Part shown: positions 32,301 through 40,840 of the stretch, piece by piece
How the letters are laid out: every line of letters starts with the position of its first letter
Position numbering within the stretch: position 1 is the stretch's first letter
Made by a program: the position numbers and the translations under genes
Notes under the pieces: model-generated
The model's database searches: none
What the model was told of the DNA's origin: nothing
What the model saw: only the letters and a program-made list of their open reading frames with translations
Assembly: GCA_964486065.1 (NCBI GenBank)
Contig: CAZAKN010000004.1
Coordinates: 15,705 to 79,704 of the forward strand
Origin: an uncultured Gammaproteobacteria bacterium
GTDB lineage: Bacteria; Patescibacteriota; Patescibacteriia; UBA11705; JABHMO01
Direction: 5' to 3'
Length of the DNA stretch: 64,000 nt

Positions 32301-33025
32301 CTTCATTGTACTTGGCTATTGAAGCCAAAGGTATGAATGTTAACGGAGATCCTACCTCAACTGCGAATTATGGTGCTACCATGAGTTATAAGATCAGTGC
32401 CGTAACAGCTGAAGGTTACTCAGGAACAGCTTTGACTGTAGGGGCTGCAGGTGACGGAAGTCCTTCTTTTGAGGAATACGATGATACTGATGCTTCAAAG
32501 CAACATATCGTTGTAGGTTCTGTATTAAAATCATTGGAAAATGATATGGCCAACGGTACCTTAACCGGTGGAGACGGTAAGATTGTCGGCAAATACAACT
32601 TGGTATTTGATAACGGCTCAAACAGAACTTCCGGTAATTCCGAATTGAAAGCTCAATTGAATGAAGCTGTTTTCGCAGTTGCTAAGAGTGACGCTGTTAG
32701 ATTAGCGACAGTATCCATGTATGTTGAAGGAACAACTACTGAAGTAGGTACAACCGCTAATACATGTAATGCTGCTGGTACAAGCTGTACGCTTACTTTT
32801 GCTTCAGATAGATTGAACAGTTTGGCTGAATCAGGTCTGGTTGACGGTGAAGTAGTATTGGTCTTGAAAGGTAATATTGTTACCACTACTGATCAATATT
32901 TGCAAACTTCAATCTCTGACTTGAGTTCAGTCTTTAACTATAATGGTAATCATGGTACCGGTTCTGACTTGACTAACATGTTGTTAGGCAAGACTAGTGA
33001 ATCAGGTGCTACTCTATCTAACTAA
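29357..33025 (+). CDS. giant secreted T/S/G/A-rich repeat surface protein (putative S-layer/adhesin-like)
   Basis: 1222 aa, signal peptide MRKLLSIALVFTTVLWAMGFGAFIPVASA, repetitive Ig/beta-sandwich-like low-Cys composition. Confidence 0.6.
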   Translation: MRKLLSIALVFTTVLWAMGFGAFIPVASATANLEAGDLIKGSHAAVYYYATDGNRYTFPTQSTYMTWYTDFSGVKTITDDELAAIDLAGNIVVRPGTNLVKIQSVPKVFAVEPNGMLTWVETEEVAEALYGENWAQRVIDVPDGFWVNYTDSGEALDGTEFPEGSLIQYEGTSDVYYVSGDGTQRRIANESAFDANGFQWDYILTAPSGLGLTDGPEINGYDEDLYDPSQGGGAGSIPPASVGGALTVSFAGDNPMGMAIPANSTAEFVKYDLMAGSDAVKINAIKISAGGLSTATNIKNVTLYVAGSKVGSSKNINSSKEATFNFSDPIMISAGATKELVVKATVIANGYYALGINEASDITTNASSLNGSFPLMGNSHQAAANSAIGSVEVDGVDTVSNSNVAFGEDDVLVAAFDLTAKEEPVLWESMRMRNGGTNDDELINNCRILVNGDEIATGDYYDRYLEADLNNYRIDKSDKVNVEVYCDMGLGNVGNKVIFYVKDRDDFAFLGEDYGFGVQFVDGSSTAKAWNNSGTGFSNTTNAKNITLTAGSVSMDMDKSATPAKDVKPDTSDVVLATFSIVSNGENATINSIADAGATKKFRLEGSGLQTAEIENVEMRDVATGALYDIAATFTTDHYTLSITDEISLAKGVEKTYEIRADLTDIIDNTNTVKVVLDSGAISIEGDTSSANLQGEITPSNVSSAITTVKDASLILSATSLTSKTVVSSTEDVVVYQATVEAGNADDVKLKSLKLTTDTADARTFDDANISELKLYLDGVLLKTSSNDIVEAADATSSGTITFNSLSTTNDANVIEAGETVNLMVKASFSSSFTLTGDKNWLLKVNASGDLSARSVVGNKVVLPTGSSLTATSRTVTLAETGKLKVDLQTTGTKVDEDSYLLAGSETEADKYLAELVFTTQNEAVKVKTLTLTDSGSATGDDIAKVKLVEGDGTVVAEKVPTSNGSVTFDPFDVVFPADEATSLYLAIEAKGMNVNGDPTSTANYGATMSYKISAVTAEGYSGTALTVGAAGDGSPSFEEYDDTDASKQHIVVGSVLKSLENDMANGTLTGGDGKIVGKYNLVFDNGSNRTSGNSELKAQLNEAVFAVAKSDAVRLATVSMYVEGTTTEVGTTANTCNAAGTSCTLTFASDRLNSLAESGLVDGEVVLVLKGNIVTTTDQYLQTSISDLSSVFNYNGNHGTGSDLTNMLLGKTSESGATLSN

Positions 33026-33056
33026 CTAAGACTAGTTTAGATTGGACAGTTACCAT

Positions 33057-33092
33057 AGAAAACCGTTCCCGCCGTAAGGCGGGGCGGTTTTT
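33057..33092 (+). terminator. rho-independent terminator
   Basis: cccgcc-gtaa-ggcggg(gcgg) stem + TTTTTGTTTT. Confidence 0.6.
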
Positions 33093-33392
33093 GTTTTATA
33101 AATAAAGCTATGAGTTATCCACATTTTTAAAAACTTGTTGAAGAAATTCAACAAGTTTTTTTAGTTAACTGATTTTTTTTGTAAAAATTAAATGTTTTTT
33201 TGTTGATAGTTTTTGTCAAAATCTGTTTTTATTTGAAGATTGTGTTTGCCATAATAAATGTAGAAGCGTTGGGGGATTGAGGAGATGTTTACAAAATAAA
33301 TAATTGCGAATCTCACCTTCCGCAAGTCAGAATGCAATAAATAATTTCAAGCGGTTGAAATTATAAATTAAGCTCTTAGAAGCAAAAAATGT

Positions 33393-34115
33393 ATGACTAA
33401 CAAAAAAACAAACAAACAGCCGGAAGAAGCTGTTCAAGAAAAAAATGAAAAAAAGTTTGACAAACCGTTCAAGCAAAAAGGAGGCATTTATTTTCATGCG
33501 GGAGCGATTATCGGTCGCAAGAATGTATTTGTTACCAATGAGTACATTGATCTTTTGGTCAATGCAATTAAATTGGCTGAATTGAAATTTGATGTAAAAA
33601 ACATCGGATATTTAATCATGCCGAACTTTTTCTATTGGATGTTTAAATTGAGTGATAATCAGGATAATCCCGGTCGCGTTTACGGTGAAGTGAAAAAAGA
33701 TGTGGGAGGTGAAATTATCAAGTATTTACTGGAGGAAACAAGAGAAAGTAAGCAATTTGACTTGGTGGATTTATTCAAAAATGCTGAAACCGTCGGGCGT
33801 TCCAATCCTCAAAAAATTCTTTGGACATTTGAAGAACATGGTAAAAGGTTCAAAGAAACAAAAAGATTTCGCGTCTGGGCGCCGAAAACCGAAGTGCGTT
33901 TGATTGATTCAGCGGAAGTTCTGCAACAAAAACTGGAAGTGATGATGAAAGCTCCGGGTAATGATCGTTGGCAATTGGTGAAAGATGGCAGAGATTATCC
34001 TTATCTTTACATAGATGAAGAATATTTGGACGGTGGAAAAGCGGAAGAAGAAAATAAAGAAAAAACTTATGTGCCGGTAACCGAGCCGGCCGGTAATGCC
34101 ATGGCAACCGCTTGA
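33393..34115 (+). CDS. IS200/RAYT-like (HUH, COG1943-type) transposase-related protein with degenerate HuH motif
   Basis: YLIMPNFFYWMF aligns with the MxNHxHLLx HuH motif of RAYT/IS200 proteins but both His are replaced (F,Y); GRSNPQKILWTFEEHGKRFK resembles the GRSGxLWQxRFK block; C-terminal ...DGRDYPYLY resembles the ...dYpwSS tail. Confidence 0.4.
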   Translation: MTNKKTNKQPEEAVQEKNEKKFDKPFKQKGGIYFHAGAIIGRKNVFVTNEYIDLLVNAIKLAELKFDVKNIGYLIMPNFFYWMFKLSDNQDNPGRVYGEVKKDVGGEIIKYLLEETRESKQFDLVDLFKNAETVGRSNPQKILWTFEEHGKRFKETKRFRVWAPKTEVRLIDSAEVLQQKLEVMMKAPGNDRWQLVKDGRDYPYLYIDEEYLDGGKAEEENKEKTYVPVTEPAGNAMATA

Positions 34116-34176
34116 TTGAATACTTAAAAACTAATTCCGCCGCGGGCATACCCGCGGCGGAGAAAGGAGGACCTTT

Positions 34177-36429
34177 ATGAAAACATTAAAAAATATATCA
34201 GCCATAGTGATAATATCATGTTTAATTCTCGGATTACCGGTGTCTGCCGGCGAGGGCGGGAATTCACAGCTGATACAAAACACTTTCCATGATAGCCAAG
34301 TTCAGCAATACTATTTCATTAATTGCGGGGAAGAGTGTGAAGCCGTATTTGAACAAATGGGTATGTTTATGGGACAAGGAATATCCGCGCCCGCTGAAAC
34401 TGATGATGAGCAAGAGGAAGAGAATTTGACAGACTTGGAAATCGGCGAAAATCCTTTTGAAAACGAGAATTCACAAACTGAAGAAGAACCAAGTGAAGAT
34501 AATCTTCCAAGCGAAGAAGATGATAATTTAAATCAAGGAAACGAAGAACAAGACAATTCTGAAAGTGAAGAAAGTGAAAGCCCTCCGCAGGAGCCTGAAG
34601 AACTTGAAGAAAATGAACCGGAAAACTCGGTCGTCGTTGGTTATCATGATTTGCGGATAAACGAATTTATGCCCGATCCGGAGAGTGGAGCTGATGAATT
34701 GGTGGAGATTTACAATACTTTGGAAACAGCGGTTGATTTGACCGGTTGGGTGGTGGAAGAAGGTGGTGGCAAACAAACCGATCTTAGCGGAGAAATCGTC
34801 GCTGGCGGATATGTGGTGGTTGAGAGAAAATATCTGAATAATTCCGGTGATATCTTGTTTTTACGCGACGCGGAAGGGACCATGATTGATCAAGTTACTT
34901 ATGGTAATTGGGATGATGGTATTATTGAAGATAATATTCCCGCGCCGAAAAAAGGAAATACAATAATTCTGCATCAAGGAGAATATAAGGAAACAATTAT
35001 CAGCAGTTTTGGCGAGATGAATGTTTACACGGCAAAACAAGATTCTTCAGACGCTAATCAAGAATCGGACAATAATGATCAAGAGACGACGGATCCGGTT
35101 GATAATTTGCAAGAAGATGAGGTTATTGAAAACAACCAAGATGCTGAAGAGCAAGACGGCGCGGAAGATGATTTGCCGGGCGTGGAGCAGGAAGAAGAGG
35201 AAGTAAATAATGATCAACAAACTGTAAATTACGACTATTCGGATGAAATCGCGATCAGCGAATTGCTACCCAATCCCGAGGGTAGTGATGATTCTGAATG
35301 GATCGAATTACATAATATGGGTGAAACAACCGTTAATTTAAAGGGTTGGAGCCTGGATGACGGCGAAGGGGGAAGCTCCCCCTTCACCGTGGAAGAAGAT
35401 TTGTTTATTGAAGCCGGACAATATTTGATAATTGACAGAGCCATGAGCGGGTTGGCATTGAATAATTCCGGTGACGCGTTGAGATTGATGGATCCTGACG
35501 GTGTAATAGTTTCCGAGTATACTTATGTGACTTGTCATGAAGGGAAAAGCTGGGCTTGGATAAATTCGGAATGGATTGAAACCATGGATATTACTCCCGG
35601 AGCGGAAAATATTGTCAGCGTGCAAACCGCGGAATTTTTAGACGAAGCTTCTGATAATCCGGAGGATTATGATGAATCAACATATTTGACGGTCAATCTT
35701 CAAGAGGCGCGGAATTTACCATTACAAAGTAAAATTGTAACTCAAGGACAAGTTTCCGTTTTACCCGGAGTTCTGGGCAAGCAGATTATGTATGTCAGCG
35801 GAAGCGGTATGCAAGTGTATTTTTCCAAAGCTTTGTGGCCGGAATTGTCTTTGGGCGACAGAATATCTTTGAAAGGTAGTTTATCTGAATCCCGAGGAGA
35901 GAGAAGAATTTTGATCAAAGAAACACAAGATATAGAAAAAATAAGTGGTGGCGAGCTATCGCCACCACTGGAAATCTCTTTGACTCAGGTGGGTGAAGAA
36001 TATGAAGGCAATTTGGTTAAGGTCAAAGGTGAAATTATTGAAAAAAACGGTTCAAAACTTTATTTATTAAGCGGATCTGAAGAAGCTGTCTTGAAGATCA
36101 AAAAAGGCACGGAAATTAATTTGGCTTCATTTGAAAATGGCGATGAGATTGAAGCCGTGGGAATAGTCAGCCAATATGATGAGAATTATTTCGTTTTGCC
36201 TCGCCGGCAAGAAGATTTGGTCAATATAACCAAGCAAAATTTGCCCGTAGTCGGAGATTTGGCGGAAAATGAAACCATTGCTTCAGAACCGATTAAATTA
36301 CAGGCTCGTTGGGTTTTGGCGGTTTTAGCCGTGGGATTATTGTTCGTTAACGCGATTTATGCCTATAAGAACAGAGAAAAACTATTCACTTTGCTCAAAT
36401 TAAAACTTAATTCAGCGGATTCCGATTAA
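34177..36429 (+). CDS. lamin-tail-domain (LTD) surface protein, two LTD repeats, C-terminal TM anchor
   Basis: signal peptide; acidic linker; two LTD-like repeats (LRINEFMPDPESGADELVEIYN...GW... and ISELLPNPEGSDDSEWIELHN...GW...); C-terminal TM VLAVLAVGLLFVNAIYAY. Confidence 0.65.
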   Translation: MKTLKNISAIVIISCLILGLPVSAGEGGNSQLIQNTFHDSQVQQYYFINCGEECEAVFEQMGMFMGQGISAPAETDDEQEEENLTDLEIGENPFENENSQTEEEPSEDNLPSEEDDNLNQGNEEQDNSESEESESPPQEPEELEENEPENSVVVGYHDLRINEFMPDPESGADELVEIYNTLETAVDLTGWVVEEGGGKQTDLSGEIVAGGYVVVERKYLNNSGDILFLRDAEGTMIDQVTYGNWDDGIIEDNIPAPKKGNTIILHQGEYKETIISSFGEMNVYTAKQDSSDANQESDNNDQETTDPVDNLQEDEVIENNQDAEEQDGAEDDLPGVEQEEEEVNNDQQTVNYDYSDEIAISELLPNPEGSDDSEWIELHNMGETTVNLKGWSLDDGEGGSSPFTVEEDLFIEAGQYLIIDRAMSGLALNNSGDALRLMDPDGVIVSEYTYVTCHEGKSWAWINSEWIETMDITPGAENIVSVQTAEFLDEASDNPEDYDESTYLTVNLQEARNLPLQSKIVTQGQVSVLPGVLGKQIMYVSGSGMQVYFSKALWPELSLGDRISLKGSLSESRGERRILIKETQDIEKISGGELSPPLEISLTQVGEEYEGNLVKVKGEIIEKNGSKLYLLSGSEEAVLKIKKGTEINLASFENGDEIEAVGIVSQYDENYFVLPRRQEDLVNITKQNLPVVGDLAENETIASEPIKLQARWVLAVLAVGLLFVNAIYAYKNREKLFTLLKLKLNSADSD

Positions 36430-36496
36430 ATGTGCATAAAGTCTTAGTTAAAGGTTGCTAAATGTGGTATAATAAAAAAGAACTTAATTTAGATAA

Positions 36497-39238
36497 ATGG
36501 CCACTAATTTTGGTAAAATAGTGTCTCTTTTTGTGAATAGACTTAAACACATTTTTGAGTTTACGACTTTTTATGTTTTGAAATACAAAAAAAGTTTAAT
36601 TTTTGTATTACTTTTATTGATTATCGCCACAAGCTGGTTTGGTTTTTCGGAAACTCCTTTGGCTCATGCTGCAGATGGTGGCGGTAAAGGCGATATTGAA
36701 ATTATGGGCTTGAAAATCACCTTGGATGATGTTTTGGATGTTGTAAATCGTTTATTGTTCGTGGTGGCCTATGCTTTAGGTTGGGTGGCTTCATTTTTAT
36801 TCGGAGCGGTGGTTTATGTTGCTTCTTTTCAAGAAATTGTTGATTCTTTGGCCGTTACCAGAGCTTGGACTTTGGTTCGCGATTCCATGAACATGTTTTT
36901 TGTGATTATTCTTTTGGTGATCGCTTTCGCGGAAATTTTACAAATTAAACAATATTCCATAAAAGCTGTTCTGCCCAAGGTTTTGTTGGCCGCCATTTTG
37001 GTTAATTTCAGCAAGCTGATTTGCGCCATTGCCATTGATTTCGCTCAAGTGGTGATGATGACCTTTGTTAACGGTTTCGCGCAAACCGCCGGTGGAAATT
37101 TGGCTTCAGGTCTGGGTTTGACTCGGCTGATGGAATTGAATACTTCCAGCCAATGTGAAGCTAATACCGATATGACATGGACGCAATTAACCGGCTTGGT
37201 ATTGGCGGTTTTTTATTTAGTAATGGTAGTGGTTGTGGTGATGTTTATTTTGTTGATCTTGGTTTTCAGGATCGCCGCTTTATGGCTTTTGGTGGTTTTA
37301 TCTCCGGCTGCTTTTATTTTTCACGCTATGCCTTCGGGAACCAAAATGAAAAACAAAGCTAATGAATGGACGGATAAATTCGTAAATTATGTGTCTATCG
37401 GTCCCATCATGGCGTTCTTTTTGTGGATGTCTTTATTGGTAATGGGTAATGCCGGCGGAGTTATACAAAAAGATAAAAGTTTGGAATTTATTTGCCAGCA
37501 AGGCGCGACGGGTATGCAGGGTTTTGATCAATTCACCAGTTCCATGGTTGGTTTGGCTTTGTTGGCGGCCAGTTTGTTGGCGGCTCAGGAAGTCGGTGGA
37601 GTGGCCGGGCAGATTGCTTCAAAAGGATTGAGTACGGCTAAAAAAGTGGCTACTTCCATGCCTTTATCAGTAGCAAAGTTTGCTGATGATAGAACAATGG
37701 GGTTACGAAATAAAGCGATCGGTTTTAGAGAGCAAATGAGAGCCAAGAGTGAGAGAAGAACCGCCTCACAAAAAGAAGCCGGCGCGGGATTGTATGCTAA
37801 AAAAGAAAGATTGGTGGCCGGAGCCAAGGAAAAAATGCATGACCTTAAAGAGGGGACATTGAGTTTGGCTGGTTTGGACACGGGTTCCAGAGCCTATCGT
37901 AAGGCTATTGCCGAAGGAGCTTCCGAAGAAGAAGCTCAACAAGCAAAAGAAAGCGTCAAGAAAACCAGAAAAAGCATGGTGGGCTTGGAAAATAAAACTA
38001 CAGCTTCAGCCATAGAGTCAAGTAGAAAAAAGAAAGCTATGGAAGAAGCTGAAAAAAATCTCGCCGCCATGGGATTGGATACCAAGGAAGACAGGCAACA
38101 AGCATTGTCATCAGGTCAAGTTAAAGGTGAAGAATTTAAGGCTTTGAATTTGAAAATGGCGGAAAAAGGAGAATTTGAAACAAATGAGCAAGTGGCTAAT
38201 GCGCGCAAACAGTTGTCCGGAGATGATTTGAAAGCATTTGAAGATAATCTGAAGAAAAACCAAAAATCAATGTATTACTCCAAAGAGGATGGAACGATTG
38301 ATGAAACAAAAATTGAAAAAGATATTGATAGCGGAGATTTGGATATTAGAAGATTTTCAGTTGATGATTTGGGCAACGAAGATTTGATGGTTAGCATCGC
38401 CAATCAAATGGGAGCAGGTAATTTGTCAAAATCATTGGCCAAAGCTGGAGAAAGAAGTGATAATCACAATGAAGCAGCTCAAACATCAATGAAAGCGGTA
38501 CTTGAACAAGCCAAACAACAAAAAGGTGAAAATCCTGAAGAATACGAAAAAGCGCAAAAAGCTTATGCCGGGATGACGGGAGATATAAAAGAAGCGTTTA
38601 CCGGAGATGATGGTGAAATTGACACCATTCAATTGAAATCATATTTGGCGGGAGCATCACAAAAACAATTGGAGAAAACTAAAATTGATGAAAGTGATAA
38701 TAACACAATGCAAGCCTTTGCCTCCGCGATTCAAAGATCAAGTTTGAAGCGTTTAGCCAGATCAAACGAGGGGCAAGCCCATAATTTGATGAATACCGTG
38801 ATTTCGCAAAAAATAGACAGCAATCCCGATGATCCGGCATTGGTTAAAATTGCTTCAGATCATGATATTTCAGCAATTTTAACTGAAGAAAATTCGAAAA
38901 AAATAAAACAAATGGAGATAAAAGTAACAAAGGAAAAGAGTGAGGCTACGGGACAAAGTCGCCAGATTGATAATAAGATTTCCGATTTTGCCGGAGAAAA
39001 AATCGCTTCTGCCATGAAGTTTGAAAATAAACCGGCCTCCGCTTTCAGCGATCAGGACATTGACCAGTTGAAAAATCAGGTTATGAATCAGCTTAAAGGA
39101 GAAATGAAAGATAATATGAAGATTGAGGAGGAAGAAATCAATAAAATGGAAAAAGAATTGGATGAAAAAATCGCGCAAGCCATGCAAGAAGCCAAAACCA
39201 AGGCGGAAAGACAAGCCTCGGGCGGAACCCAAACATAA
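36497..39238 (+). CDS. VirB6/TrbL-like polytopic membrane protein with long charged C-terminal domain
   Basis: 913 aa; >=7 predicted TM helices in the first 400 aa, then hydrophilic K/E-rich coiled-coil-like tail; located in the cluster with PrgI-like and VirB4-like genes. Confidence 0.5.
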   Translation: MATNFGKIVSLFVNRLKHIFEFTTFYVLKYKKSLIFVLLLLIIATSWFGFSETPLAHAADGGGKGDIEIMGLKITLDDVLDVVNRLLFVVAYALGWVASFLFGAVVYVASFQEIVDSLAVTRAWTLVRDSMNMFFVIILLVIAFAEILQIKQYSIKAVLPKVLLAAILVNFSKLICAIAIDFAQVVMMTFVNGFAQTAGGNLASGLGLTRLMELNTSSQCEANTDMTWTQLTGLVLAVFYLVMVVVVVMFILLILVFRIAALWLLVVLSPAAFIFHAMPSGTKMKNKANEWTDKFVNYVSIGPIMAFFLWMSLLVMGNAGGVIQKDKSLEFICQQGATGMQGFDQFTSSMVGLALLAASLLAAQEVGGVAGQIASKGLSTAKKVATSMPLSVAKFADDRTMGLRNKAIGFREQMRAKSERRTASQKEAGAGLYAKKERLVAGAKEKMHDLKEGTLSLAGLDTGSRAYRKAIAEGASEEEAQQAKESVKKTRKSMVGLENKTTASAIESSRKKKAMEEAEKNLAAMGLDTKEDRQQALSSGQVKGEEFKALNLKMAEKGEFETNEQVANARKQLSGDDLKAFEDNLKKNQKSMYYSKEDGTIDETKIEKDIDSGDLDIRRFSVDDLGNEDLMVSIANQMGAGNLSKSLAKAGERSDNHNEAAQTSMKAVLEQAKQQKGENPEEYEKAQKAYAGMTGDIKEAFTGDDGEIDTIQLKSYLAGASQKQLEKTKIDESDNNTMQAFASAIQRSSLKRLARSNEGQAHNLMNTVISQKIDSNPDDPALVKIASDHDISAILTEENSKKIKQMEIKVTKEKSEATGQSRQIDNKISDFAGEKIASAMKFENKPASAFSDQDIDQLKNQVMNQLKGEMKDNMKIEEEEINKMEKELDEKIAQAMQEAKTKAERQASGGTQT

Positions 39239-39250
39239 TAAAATCAATTT

Positions 39251-40840
39251 ATGCCGGAAAAGAAAAACACAAAAAACAAAAATAATAAAAAAAATTCCAA
39301 TAGCGGATTGAGTGAGGAATTGGCCTTTTATTTGAAATCACCGATAGCCGCGGAAATAAACGCGGGCATTGCGGCGGAACATGAATTAACGGTGGGGCAA
39401 TTGGCACGCATGACCGAATTGATCAGCTCGGTTTATGATAAAAAAATGCCTCCCGCCAATTTGCCTGAAGCTTTAAAAAATTCTTTGGAAATTGAACAAA
39501 AGAAAGCGCAAAAGATCGCCAAAGAAATCGCCGGAAAAAGATTATTGGTGGTTGATGAGTTGGCTTTTGGCGGACAAATAGCGAAATTGCTACAAGAGTG
39601 GGGAGGACAAGGCACTGATTATGAAAAACTGATTGAAGAATACAGGGATCAAGTTGAAAGAGATAAACAAAAGGCGGAAGATGAAAAACTGAATCAAGAA
39701 TATGAACAAATGATGGTGGAAAAACAAGAACAAGCCGAAGAGGCGGTTGAAGATGTGGGTGAAAAATTAACCGATGCTTTGCTCAGTAATCCGGAAAAAG
39801 AAAAAAAACAATTGAAGGATTCCATGAAATCCGATTTATTGTATTTATTGACCACGGATGATTATAAACTGAAAGCCGAATTGAATTATCGTATCGCTTT
39901 TTTGGTGGCCGCTGATGATGAAGGCAAATTTGTTCGTGATTTAACGGATGAATTGTATAAAAACAAAGAAATTTTAACTGAAACAAAAGTGCAAATGAAA
40001 GATGAGAAGTTACCCGGTACGATCGGAAATTGGCTTAAAGATTATGTTGCTTATGTGGGATTGGAAGAAACTGTTAGCAGTATCAAAAAAGCTCAGTATT
40101 TCACGGAAGCTCCCAATGCTAAAAAACTAAAACAAGAAGAGAAAAACAAATTGGATAATTTACTGGATTTTTTCGTTAATTTACAAAAAGTATATACCAA
40201 TATAAGTAAATACGATTTGTCGGAAGTTCAGATTTTACCGATCAGCGAAGCTGAACGAGCCAAATTTATCGCGGAAATTGAACAAGCCGAACAAAAGAAA
40301 ATAACCAAGACAAGTAAAGTGAAAAAAACTACGGACCAAGCGCAAGAAGATAAGCAAGAAATTGACATTGGCGCCATGTATGAAGGCGATCCTGATGAAA
40401 GATTGGCGATTGATAAGCATAAGAAAGATTTGATCATGGAAACGCGCAAAGAGTATCATAAAATCGCCGATAAATTGGAAGATTATTTATTGCGTCGTAA
40501 AAGAGTGCCGATTTTGGCGTCACTTGAACTTTTGGCCGAGATCGGAGCGTTGGATAATTTGCTGGCCAATGATCAACGATATCAAGACTTTTTGTTCGGT
40601 TATTTGAAGCGCAATAATATGTCCAAATTACAAGATGAATTTAAAGCCAATCCATATCAAAGTCGTTTTTTAAAATTTTTTCTTCGTTTCGTGTTGGAAG
40701 AACGGCTGGGTATTCGCGAGGAAGAAGCGGCTCGTATCGCCGCTAAGCTTAGCATGATTTTCCAAGAAAAGGGCGCTGAGGAATACGGCGAAATGGCTTA
40801 TTTGGATTTGGCGGAAGGTAAATTTAAATGGAGTGAATAA
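39251..40840 (+). CDS. hypothetical protein (T4SS-like cluster)
   Basis: 529 aa, K/E-rich; translationally coupled (8-nt overlap) to next ORF. Confidence 0.5.
   Translation: MPEKKNTKNKNNKKNSNSGLSEELAFYLKSPIAAEINAGIAAEHELTVGQLARMTELISSVYDKKMPPANLPEALKNSLEIEQKKAQKIAKEIAGKRLLVVDELAFGGQIAKLLQEWGGQGTDYEKLIEEYRDQVERDKQKAEDEKLNQEYEQMMVEKQEQAEEAVEDVGEKLTDALLSNPEKEKKQLKDSMKSDLLYLLTTDDYKLKAELNYRIAFLVAADDEGKFVRDLTDELYKNKEILTETKVQMKDEKLPGTIGNWLKDYVAYVGLEETVSSIKKAQYFTEAPNAKKLKQEEKNKLDNLLDFFVNLQKVYTNISKYDLSEVQILPISEAERAKFIAEIEQAEQKKITKTSKVKKTTDQAQEDKQEIDIGAMYEGDPDERLAIDKHKKDLIMETRKEYHKIADKLEDYLLRRKRVPILASLELLAEIGALDNLLANDQRYQDFLFGYLKRNNMSKLQDEFKANPYQSRFLKFFLRFVLEERLGIREEEAARIAAKLSMIFQEKGAEEYGEMAYLDLAEGKFKWSE

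Noticed and set aside
34691-34720. Other CTGATGA occurrences (for example 21061, 34691, 37685, 39912) as additional hammerhead cores
   Set aside because: They lack the following G-initiated stem II hairpin plus GAAA and a flanking GUC-stem I arrangement, so they are chance heptamers inside coding sequence.
27743-36429. Possible CRISPR or tandem DNA repeats suggested by repetitive gaa/gat-rich sequence
   Set aside because: The repetition is protein-level low complexity (acidic E/D-rich tails in the anti-sigma-like and LTD proteins), not regularly spaced direct repeats with spacers. No CRISPR array is present in the window.
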